Positions 1 through 10,755 of a stretch of DNA of 64,000 nucleotides are shown here, in pieces. The notes under the pieces are model-generated. The model did not search any database and was not told the DNA's origin. It saw nothing but the letters and a program-made list of their open reading frames with translations. The DNA is from Vezdaea acicularis (lineage: Eukaryota). The stretch's first letter is position 1. Every line of letters starts with the position of its first letter. The stretch spans positions 1-64,000 of the forward strand of contig JAPEUI010000016.1 in assembly GCA_026025075.1 (NCBI GenBank), read 5' to 3'. Both the position numbers and the translations under genes were made by a program.

Positions 1-3000
1 GAGAGATCTGCTCATCTCGGGTTGAGTTCACTTACAACCTGCAACGGTCAAAGAGGCCGGGGTCAGCCATCGATTCAACGGAGAGATCTGCTCAGCTCGG
101 GTCAAGCTCACTTACTTCCTACAACGGGCAAAAAGGCCGGGGTCAGCCATCGATTCAATGGAGAGATCTGCTCAGCTCGGGTCGAGTTCACTTACAACCT
201 GCAACGGTCAAAGAGGCCGGGGTCAGCCATCGATTCAACGAGAGATCTGCTCAGCTTGGGTCGAGTTTACTTACAAACTGCAACGGTCAAAGAGGCCGGG
301 GTCAGCCATCGATTCAATGGAGAGATCTGCTCATCTCGGGTTGAGTTCACTTACAACCTGCAACGGTCAAAGAGGCCGGGGTCAGCCATCGATTCAACGG
401 AGAGATCTGCTCAGCTCGGGTCAAGCTCACTTACTTCCTACAACGGTCAAAGAAGCCGGGGTTAGCCATCGATTCAACAGAGAGATCTGCTCAGCTCGGG
501 TCGAATTCACTTACAACCTGCAACGGTCAAAGAGGCCGGGTTAGCCATCGATTCAATGGAGAGATCTGCTCAGCTCGGGTCGAGTTCACTTACTCTCTGC
601 AACGGTCAAAGAGGCCGGCGTCAGCCATCGACTCAACGGAGAGATCTGCTCAGCTCGGGTCGAGTTCACTTACTCTCTGCAACGGTCAAAGAGGCCAGCG
701 TCAGCCATCGATTCAGTAGAGAGATCTGCTCAGCTCGGTTTGAGTTCACTTACTTCCTACAACGGTCAAAGAAGCCGGGGTTAGCCATCAATTCAACAGA
801 GAGATCTGCTCAGCTCGGGTCGAGTTCACTTACAACCTGCAACGGTCAAAGAAGCCGACGTCAGCCATCGATTCAACAGAGAGATCCGCTCAGCTCGGGT
901 CGAGTTTACTTACTTCCTACAACAGGCAAAAAGGCCGGCGTCAGCCATCGATTTAACAGAGAGATCTACTCAGAGAGATCTGCTCAGCTCGGGTCGATTT
1001 CACTTACTCTCTGCAACGGTCAAAGAAGCTAGCGTTAGCTAACGATTCAACAGAGAGATCTGCTTAGCTCGGGTCAAGTTCACTTACTCTCTGCAGTGGT
1101 CAAAAAGGCCGGAGTCAGCCATCGATTCAACGCAGAGATCTGCTCAGCTCGGGTCGGGTTCACTTACGTCCTGCAACAGTCAAAGAGGTCGGCGTCAGCC
1201 ATCGATTCAACAGAGAGATCTGCTCAGCTCGAGTCGAGTTTACTTACAGGCTGCAACGGTCGAAGAGGCCGGGGTCAGCCATCAATTCAACGGAGAGATC
1301 AGCTCGGGTCGAGTTCACTTACAAGCTACAACGGTCAAAGAGGCCGGGGTCAGCCATCGACTCAACAGAGAGATCTGCTCTGCTCGGGTCGAGTCCACTT
1401 ACATCCTGCAACGGTCAAAGAGGCCGGCGTCAGTCATCGATTCAATAGAGAGATCTGCTCAGAGAGATCTGCTCAGCTCGGGTCGAGTTCACTTACATCC
1501 TGCAACGGTCAAAGAGGCCGGGGTCAGCCATCAGTTCAACAAAGAGATCTGCTCATCTCGGGTCGAGTTCACTTACAAGCTGCAATAGCCAAAGATGCCG
1601 GCGTCAGCCATCGATTCAACACAGAGATCTGCTCAGCTCGGGCTGAGTTCACTTACAATCTGCAACGGTCAAACAGGCCGGCGTTAGCTATTAATTCAAC
1701 AGAGAGATCTGCTCATCTCGAGTTGAGTTCACTTACAAACTACAAAAGTCAAAGAGGCCGGCATCAGCCACCAATTCAACAGAAAGATCTGCTCAGCTCG
1801 GGTCAAGTTCACTTACAAGCTACAATAGCCAAAGATGCCGGCGTCAGCCATCGATTCAACGCAGAGATCTGCTCAGCTCGGGCTGAGTTCACTTACAATC
1901 TGCAACGGTCAAAGAGGCCGGCGTCAGCCATCGACTCAACAGAGAGATCTGCTCAGAGAGATCTGCTCATCTCGGGTCGAGTTCACTTACAACCTACAAT
2001 AGTCAAAGAGGCCGGGGTCAGCCATCGATTCAATGGAGAGATCTGCTCATCTCGGGTCGAGTTCACTTACTTTCTGCAACGGTCAAAGAGGTCTGCGTCA
2101 GCCATCGATTCCACGCAGAGATCTGCTCAGCTCGGGTCGTGTTCACTTACTGGCTGCAACGGTCAAACAGGCCGGCGTTAGCTATTAATTTAACAGAGAG
2201 ATCTGCTCATCTCGAGTTGAGTTCACTTACAAACTACAAAAGTCAAAGAAGCCAGCGTTAGCTAACGATTCAACAGAGATATCTGCTCAGCTCGGGCCGA
2301 GTTCACTTACATCCTACAACGGGTAAAAAGGCCGGGGTCAGCCATCGATTCAACGGAGAGATTTGCTCAGCTCGGGTCAAGTTCACTTACCAGCTACAAT
2401 AGTCAAAGAGGCCGGGGTCAGCCATCGATTCAACAGAGAGATCTGCTCAGCTCGGGTCGAGTTCACTTACCAGCTACAATAGTCAAAGAGGCCGGGGTCA
2501 GCCATTGATTCAACAGAGAGATCTGCTCAGCTCGGGTCGAGTTCACTTACCAGCTACAATAGTCAAAGAGGCCGGGGTCAGCCATCAATTCAATGGAGAG
2601 ATCCGCTCAGCTCGGGTCGAATTCACTTACCAGCTACAATAGTCAAAGAGGCCGGGGTCAGCCATCGATTCAACAGAGAGATCTGATCATCTTGGATCAA
2701 GTTCACTTACTTTCTGCAACGGTCAAAGAGGCCGGGGTCAGCCATCGATTCAACAGAGAGATCTGCTCAGCTCGGATCGAGTTCACTTACATTCTGCAAC
2801 GGTCAAAGAGGCTGGCGTTAGCAATCGATTCAACAGAGAGATCTGCTCAGCTCGGGTCGAGTTCACTTACACCCTGGAAAGGTCAAAGAGGCCGGGGTCA
2901 GCCATCGATTCAACAGAGAGGTCTACTTAGCTCGGGTCGAGTTTACTTGCATCCTGCAACGGTCAAAGAGGCTAGCGTCAGCTATTAATCAAACAGAGAG

Positions 3001-4143
3001 ATCTGCTTAGCTCGGGTCGAGTTTACTTACATACTGCAACGGTCAAAGAGGTCGGCGTCAGCCATCGATTCAACAGAGAGATCTACTCAGCCAGGGTTGA
3101 GTTTACTGACAAGCTGCAATGGTCAAAGAGGCCAGCGTCAGCCATCGATTCAACGCAGAGGTCTGCTCAGCTCGGGTCGAGTTCACTTACAAACTGCAAT
3201 AGTCAAAGAGGCCGGGGTCAGCCATCGATTCAATGGAGAGATCTACTCAGCTTGGGTCGAGTTCACTTACTCTCTGCAACGGTAAAGGCTAGCGTCAGCT
3301 ATCGATTCAACAGAGAGATCCGCTCAGCCAAGGTTAAGTTCACTTACTCCCTGCAACGGTCAAAGAGGCCGGCGTCAGCCATCGATTCAACGGAGAGATC
3401 TGCTCAGCTAGGTTCGAGTTCACTTACAGGCTGCAACAGTCAAACAGGCCGGTGTTAGCTATTAATTCAACAGAGATCTGCTCATCTCGGGTCAAGTTCA
3501 CTTACAAGCTACAATAGTCAAAGAGGCCGGGGTCAGCCATCGATTCAACAGAGAGATCTGCTCAGCTCGGGTCGAGTTCACTTACTCTCTGCAACGGTAA
3601 AGGCTAGCGTCAGCTATCGATTCAACAGAGAGATCCGCTCAGCCAAGGTTAAGTTCACTTACTCCCTGCAACGGTCAAAGAGGTCGGCGTCAGCCATCGA
3701 TTCAACAGAGAGATCCGCTCAGCTCGGGTCGAGTTCACTTACTTCCTGCAACGGTCAAAGAGGCTAGCGTTAGCTATCGATTCAACGGAGAGATCTGCTC
3801 AGCTCGGGTCGAGTTCACTTACTTCCTGCAACAGTCAAAGAGGTCGGCGTTAGCTATCGATTCAACAGAGAAATCTGCTTAGCTTGAGTTGAGTCCACTT
3901 ACTTCCTACAATAGTCAAAGAGGCCGGCGTCAGCCATCGATTCAACAGAGAGATCTGTGCAGCCAGGTTCAAGTTTCACTTACATACTACAACAGTCAAA
4001 GAGGCCGGCGTCAGCCATCGATTCAACAAAGAGATCTGCGCAGCCAAGTTCATGCTCACTTACATACTGCAACGGTCAAAGAGGCCGGGGTCAGCCATCG
4101 ATTCAACGAAGAGATCTGCTCAGCTCGGGCCAGTTCCACTCAC
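1..4143 (-). repeat. Tandem array of ~80-bp units, each a ~77-nt spliceosomal intron plus a 3-nt microexon (51 microexons visible)
   Basis: Minus-strand consensus GTAAGTGAACTCGACCCGAGCTGAGCAGATCTCTCNGTTGAATCGATGGCTGACCCCGGCCTCTTTGACCGTTGCAG|NNN. The only hypervariable position is the triplet between YAG and the next GT. Plus-strand triplets start at 36, 116, 196, 275, ... 3903, 3984, 4064. Confidence 0.93.
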
Positions 4144-7100
4144 GATGTGCCAATACAAGTAGTTCACTTTGGCGCCCTCCGCTAGCAGTAGCTTGATGAC
4201 CGCCTCGGACCCGTTGTCAATCGCCGCAGCTAACGGTGGGCCATCACCGCAATCTATCATTTCGATATCGGCTCCACTCTCCAGTAGCAGTAACATCACC
4301 GCTTCGTGCCCGTTCCCGGCTGCAATATGCAGTGCCGTCCAATCACCTTCAGCTTTCGCATCGACGTCTGCATCGTGCTCTAGCAGTTGCCGCACCACTG
4401 CTTCATGCCCTTTTTCAGCCGCCAAGTGCAGCGCCGTCTTCTTCTCACCATCCCTCCAGTTAACATTGGCTCCGGCATCAAGCATCAATTTAACTAGTGC
4501 CTCCTCGCCCATTTCAGAGGCCAAATTAAGGGCTGAAGATCTCTCGAAATCGAACGAGAGTTCCGTAAAAAGTCCTTCACCTTTAAGCCAGTCGTTCAAG
4601 GCAGATGACAAAACCTTATCAGACGGATCTTCCTTGTGGCCCAGTGCCACTCTGATAGATAAGGTTAAAGCAGTTCCATGGAGTTCGGCAAGGAGTACAG
4701 TCAGCTGATCCTTATCACAGCATGATGTTATCGCATGGTGCCACCAATTATTGCATGCATACAGAAGAAGAGGGTATGGCTTCAAGCCAGATTCTTCAGA
4801 TGCTTTCGTGTCATAGTAATGAATGTAAGCAAGACAACTTCTAAGGATAAACCATTGGCCGTCAGACTCACGAAGTCGAAACTTCGAATCGACGCTATCG
4901 CACATTAGATACTGCTTTACGGAGAAATGGGCAAAGGTTATGGCTCTATCTTGGTCAGCAGTGCTGATGGCCTCATCCTCTAAGTGAGATTGATCGTCTA
5001 TGCCAGATACTGTGACGAGTCCGGATAAGATGTCTCGAATGTCCCGCGGATCTTGAAACCTATCTTTAGGATCGAATGATACGGAACTGTCTTTAGCATC
5101 CTGTGATGGGTCGCTTGTGTCGAAAATAGCAGCTTCAGCAGCTTCGCTGAGTTTAAGGGGTCTATTTGAAAAAGCCAACCATCTAAGAACGGCGTGTGCT
5201 TCATCTTTGTAGTCAATTCTCTCAATTCGTGACAACATCCGACTGTATGTCTCGTACAAGTCCCTCGGTAGCTGATTTAGGGCCTTCTCGACATCCCGCT
5301 CTCTCTTTTTCCGCCTAAGTGTGCCAAGCTGGCACCCGACCCACCGGAACACACCATCTGCCTTTTCTGTAAGGGTTTCAATCACTTTCTTCTGCAGTCC
5401 AGGGGACCATTTCTGAAAGTCTTTAGGCACGCAGTTTTGAAGGTGTCTTCTGATGTCGTCGTTGACTCGCGACTTCTGGATTGGAACTTTGCATATCTTG
5501 CTCGGACTTTTGCTGAGTGCACTCTCAATATCCTCCTCTAGTCTGCTTGTAATCAAAATGTGCGTATTGCTTCCTGCCCTGCAAGAAAGCTCCGCTAAGA
5601 ATTTAACAACCTCTTTTCGATCCTCCTGTAACGGGCACTCATCCAGAGCGTCGACGACGATATAAGTCTCTTCGGATTCTGTCAGGACGCCTAGGAATGT
5701 TTCATTCAGGTCTTCGATCTTCGGGTCGCGTGCCGGCTGATATTTATTATATAAATCTCGAAAAGCTCTTGGAAGATGGTAGCGGCCAGGTTCCTGTGAA
5801 TCTTCACGAACGAGACTACGAACTAATTGAATCAGGAGAGAATACGTAAGACTTCGAACATCTTGTCGTTCATTTCTTCGAAAGGAGAAGTAGAAGAAGG
5901 CCAGAACTCCCAATTTTTGCCGCTCGATCTCGTCGTTAATAGTCGAGCTCAAAACTGTCTTGCCGCACCCAGCTGCGCAACGAGGAATTTAGCGAAGGAT
6001 GGGGCTGATGAGAGATAAAACATACCTTTGCCACAAAGCCACAAGAATGACCGAGGTTGCTTCTTCCACACTTCAAACTCTTCTCTAAGAAACCAGGTGC
6101 CTGTCGACTCGGTAGTACGGTTCTTTCGAGCCTCATTATGATATTCCAATGGATCAACATATGCCAGCCATTTGAGGTGGTTATCTTTGGATGTTGCGTC
6201 GAGTGGTGGCACTGCTCAAGAAAACACGAAATAAGAATCGTTATGTTTATATCTGAAATGAGAACTTCTACGTACAGTTATTAGGAGCACGAGCGGCAAC
6301 AAAGGCGTCGATGGTCTGTTTTATTTGAGGAACTCCTAAGTAGTATTCTGTCGCTGCCTCAATCTTATCGATCTTATGTTCATCCAAGCCAACCCCTCCT
6401 AAGCCTTGCTGGACATTGTATCGGAAGTAGCGGCCGCCGACGCCTCGATCTTTATGATTTTTGAAGAATCTCTTCTCGGTTTCCTCAGTTTCCGTCGAGA
6501 TAGCTTTGAGTGTCTCGACCACCTCCTTCAGGTTATCTCCAAAATCTTTCAAGTCGGGAACTCCCGTCCCGATGCTCACAAGACTCTGGATTCTAGGTCT
6601 AGCATCTGGCCAGATAGACTCTGCTTCTTCGAGCACTACTTCCACGGGATTATTGAAGCCCGTCGCTCCATCAACAAATTTTTGCCTGCCAATCTCGATC
6701 GGATCAAAGAACATAGCGGCTGCAGAGGTGGCACGAGCTGCTTGCCAGATAGTACACTCCGAGCTAGCCAAAGTATCGATCGCATCATCAGTGCTGTAGG
6801 TGCGGAGCCGTACAGGTGTGTTTAATGTTTTGGTGAAGGCACACACAAATCTGTAAGGAGAAATATTCAGTTTCGAATAGGAACGGAAAATTATGTCATA
6901 TTAATAGATATGCTGAACCTACACTTTGCAAGGTGCATTGGAGTTCCTCAACTTCGCCTCGGCATCGCCTTCCTGGGACTTGACAATATTTCTAATCTCA
7001 GAGGCGAGAGAGTCTGAAGAGTACGTTCCTTCAACCTTCAATATATCTTTTGCCTTCCCAAAGAAGTTTCCTTTTACCCTCTTGGGCTGGAATGCCGCCG

Positions 7101-7499
7101 ATGACAGCTCAATGTATTTGTTGATGCAAGTATCGACGTCCATTTGGAGCCGACCCAACATGATAGCGATAAGCCTGAAATTGGAAGGGTAAGCCATTTA
7201 TTTTTATATTTATCATTTTTTTCCTTGGTATATCAACGACAAGATGGGAAGCTCACCCTCCAGTGCTTGTCCCGCCGATTAAATCGAAATACTCGCAGGG
7301 CTTTGGGGGATTTTGCGGTCTTACTCTCTTCATCAGGTGTTTGAGAATGATAAGAGAAGAAAGCCCACGTATACCGCCTCCATCTGTAGTGAACAGATTA
7401 GCGAGAGTTACCAAATCAATACTGATTGCTCGGCATACCTAACGAGAGAAGTTTCAGTGAAGAAGGAGTAGCAGTCGGAGCAGGATTTGGGGACGCCAT
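1..7499 (-). CDS. Fungal NLR-like STAND protein: patatin-like phospholipase - NACHT - ankyrin repeats, continuing through a microexon array (3' end outside window)
   Basis: Exons reconstructed by hand: 7499-7439, 7383-7257, 7174-6923, 6850-6276, 6211-6026, 5972-4144, all joined by GT-AG introns in frame. Patatin motifs: LSLDGGGIRG, FDLIGGTSTGG, FVDGA. NACHT Walker A GKAGCGKT is formed across the 6026/5972 junction; Walker B is YIVVDALDEC. Four ankyrin repeats follow (SALNLAS, TALHLAAEKGH, TALHIAAGNGH, PPLAAAIDNGS). A GTGAGT donor at 4143 follows ...VNYLYWHI. Confidence 0.93.
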
Positions 7500-7696
7500 A
7501 ACTGTTAGTACCAAGGTGGTTTCAGTGTGCTCAGCGGGAGGTACACAGCATGCCTAGTTGATCAGATTTGAGCATATCGTCAGTTTTTATGGTGGTTTAG
7601 TCCCTCTTAGCCGGCTGTGGGGTGCTGTGGGGTGCGGTGTGCTGCTTGCTACGTGCTCTTCAGCGATAGGCTACGAGGCGGCTAAGTGTGCGCTTG

Positions 7697-7917
7697 TGTT
7701 GTGGGACAAGGCGACAGGACATAGGGGGCAGCGACTATAGAGATAGGGGCAAGGGGAGCTGCGGCATCTGGACATAAGGTAAGCGACGAGTCGCGCCCCG
7801 ACACAGGATACCTATATATAGCCGTATCCCTCTAGATAGAATAATATAACTCTTTCATGACGAACTCATAGCAGGACGCCTTGTCCCTGAAGTGTCCGGA
7901 CGCCCCGTGCCCTGACA
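7697..7917 (-). mobile_element. Solo LTR (TGT...ACA), inverted copy of the family at 8634-8918
   Basis: Reverse complement begins TGTCAGGGCACGG and ends GTCCCACAACA, like the 8634 copy. Internal TCTATCTAG...GGATAC...TATATA segment is shared. No matching target-site duplication. Confidence 0.75.
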
Positions 7918-9428
7918 TTCCTTTTCGCAGACAATCATCCTCAGTGGGAGTACGAAAAGTACGATGGAAGCATCACAGAGGTCAAAGGAGATGGAAGCCT
8001 GGTTCTCAATATCGGTTCAGCCCATGGCGTTTTGGCTGGCGATGAGTACGAAATTTATATATTGAATGTGCTGGGCACTCCCACAGCTCAATCTGCAGGC
8101 ACACTGAGAGTCTCAGCCGTGGACCAGTTGAACTCTACAGCAGATTGCTTGCAACAAGACAATGTCAATGTCAACGGCTGTCCAATCGTGCTGCAGACTC
8201 GGGTAACTAGTCATAGATTAGTCATTCAATTTGGATCCAAAGCGACGTCTAAATCAGCGAAGAAAGCTATCGACGAACTTCGCACCTGCTGGATATCCTC
8301 AAAGGGCAAAGTGCTTCCTCGGCTTTTGCCGGCTGGTCAGACACTGCAACCACAGGACCCACGTCTGGAACTCATGATTGACGTCGGAACGTCAACACAA
8401 GGTGAAGAGTACATCATTGTAGATGGCTTTGGCCAGCGACTTCCCCATGTGCCACCCCTTCCCGTGGGAAGCAGTCATGAAGCAGAGAAGGTTGTTCTCG
8501 TGATGGCGCATATTGCGCAATACACGCTCTTCAAGGTTCACAGAAACCCAGCATCGCATACGGGTCCCAATTTGTTCTCCTTTAGCCTCAAAGACTACCA
8601 AGGACAACAAAATGCCACTACGGTTACTACAATTGTCAGGGCACGGGTGTCCTAACACGTCAGGGCACTAGGCGTCCTGATATAAGATGGGGATCAAAGA
8701 GTTGTATTCATTCTATCTAGGGGGATACGCTATATATATAAGGCATCACGTGCCCGGTCACGACTGCCTGGTCAGGACAGCGCGGCAGGCGCTGTCTGTT
8801 GCAGGGCAGTCGCATGCCTCATAGCGCTGCCCCTGTAGGCAGGCGCTATAAGAAGGCTGCCTATATTAGTATCCCTACGTAGCTACTCCCTGCCCCTATA
8901 TCCCTTTGTCCCACAACAACAATCAACAAAAAGGACCACATAATCCTCCACTTCAAGAACAATCAACCCCTACCCTCACCCGACCCTCCAAATGTCCGTT
9001 ACCCGCTGCCAAAAGACACAAACTCTCTCTATGCATATTTCTTTGACTTGACTCCAAACTACGGGGTGCATCGTATGGTTTCAACTGAAAATCGCCTCGA
9101 GAATAACCTAATCGAACCCCAGCAAGAGCTGGAGGATGATTTTCCAATGGAAATTCCGCCAGAGCTCTCAGCAGATGACAGCATCCTTGACATTCTCAAA
9201 GCGATTGTCACAACTTCACTGACCGACTTTGACAGCATTGGTATGAAAGACCTCAATGATGTCGACGATCTTGTGACTCGAGGCGTCGATGATGACGACA
9301 AAATTAGTGACATTCTTGAAGCGATTCTGAATGACTCTGGAATGCGGAGTAACTCTAGCACTACAAAGGTTCAGATCAGCGACTGGCATGTTGAACAGCG
9401 GATCATTGAGACAGTGAGGAAAAGGTGA
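7918..9428 (+). pseudogene. 5'-truncated, LTR-interrupted gene; resembles the C-terminal part of fungal caspase (peptidase C14)-domain proteins
   Basis: Frame is open from 7918 (FLFADNH...LNIGSAHGVLAGDEYEIY). Removing the LTR and one TSD joins ...VTTI to NKKDHIILHFKN...LYAYFFDLTPNY...DILKAIVTTS, in frame with ORF 9048-9428. Family assignment is from remembered motif resemblance only. Confidence 0.6.
8634..8918 (+). mobile_element. Solo LTR with 5-bp target-site duplication
   Basis: TGTCAGGGCACGG...GTCCCACAACA flanked by ACAAT at 8629-8633 and 8919-8923; internal TATA-like run. Confidence 0.88.
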
Positions 9429-10755
9429 GACGTCCGATTTTGATGTAGTTTCGTAAGCAGAGGTTTCAAATGATAATGACTTGACTTGACTTGACTTGTT
9501 TCATACGCCGCAGGTGCCTCGCGGCCTGCTTGGCTAGCTCGCTGACTAATATACACGCGGCCTGTTGGTAGCGCAGGCTATCTGCGCCTGTTTCTAGGTA
9601 CTAAACTGGATGGGGAACCGCCATAGTAATTAGGCGAGAGCTCTTGAGAGCGCAGGTATCTGTAGAACAGTAGACGATAGATAATATACACCATCACTGC
9701 TTCATGAGATATATGATATTCGTGATAATCCTATCGAAGACCACATCTCGCTAGTCTGATCTGCGCTATTTGCAGCACCGGGTCGTCGCGCGACGGCCCT
9801 TTTCCCATCCAACGACTCATTCTGAGCCTATATTATTGTTTTCTTGCGGCTTTCCATTAGCTTTTTAAAATGCTCTCATTTGATAGGTGATTAGCAGAGT
9901 GTGACCGTCCTAATCTTGTCATTCGTCCTTATCTAGCGCAATTACAGAAGTGTTGCTGGTCAGGATATTGGCGTAGCAGCAGCTCATCTGTCAGGATGCA
10001 CATAGAGCGAGTCATATGGATATGGTGACAAAGAGATTAAAGCTATCGAAAGATAATATACATGGAATGAAGATGAAAAGGGATGCCGAGGCGCCAAGAC
10101 CCTAGGCTGAATCGAGCCAAGTGTAGAGCAGACCACAACACGATCGTGACACGTTCCCTTTTAAATTTGCTTTCTTCAGCCATCTCTGGAGCAGCCGGAT
10201 CAGGCTGTGCGTAGGAACAGATAGGATTAGACATAGGTAGGGTGAGCAAGAGAGTGCTCATCACCTTGGTGGGGTGTCACGTCACCCCTGCTCACCTCAA
10301 GGATAGCTAAAAGCGGCAACACCTGCGCGACGTCCAGCGGGGTACATTTCTGATGTCCTGTCCTGCCAAGCCTGCTATCTAGCACAGCTCCGCCGCTCCT
10401 GATTTTTTAAGGTATGGTGCCCTGGGCCGCCCCAGGAGGCGGCGCAGTGAGGCTGAGAACACGAACCATCATAGACACCTTGTCGTTGCGCATCAGGACG
10501 TTGTCAAGTACAGCCTTGATTGACAACGCCTAAATGGCCGTGCCGTGTAATCATGGCGGGCGCCCTGCTACGGTAGCAGCTGCATTCGGATCAGAATGCC
10601 CTGATTTGCCAGCCTTGTCGATGCCGGTGAGCAATCATGCAGTAGGCCCCCACGCAAGATGAGGCAGTTTGCTCGTTGGGAGTATAAAAACGCTTTGTAC
10701 AGCGCTTCGTCAAAAGTCTTGTGGCTCTGTATTTTCCTCACGCCCACAAGGAAGC

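Noticed and set aside
1..4143. CRISPR array or plain minisatellite interpretation of the 80-bp repeat
   Set aside because: Eukaryotic context, no cas genes, 77-nt repeats with 3-nt variable parts, and every unit has donor, branch and acceptor signals in register with the NLR reading frame.
4120..4143. NLR C-terminus VSGTGPS* as given by the ORF track
   Set aside because: These codons are the first 24 nt of the first array intron (GTGAGT donor, homologous to the other units).
22..4196. Plus-strand repetitive ORFs (e.g. 1096-2181, 361 aa)
   Set aside because: Antisense by-products of an 80-bp period cycling through three frames, with scattered stops and mostly non-ATG starts.
7697..8918. One DNA transposon with long terminal inverted repeats capturing a gene fragment
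   Set aside because: The right copy has its own 5-bp TSD and the gene continues in frame beyond it, so these are independent solo LTRs.
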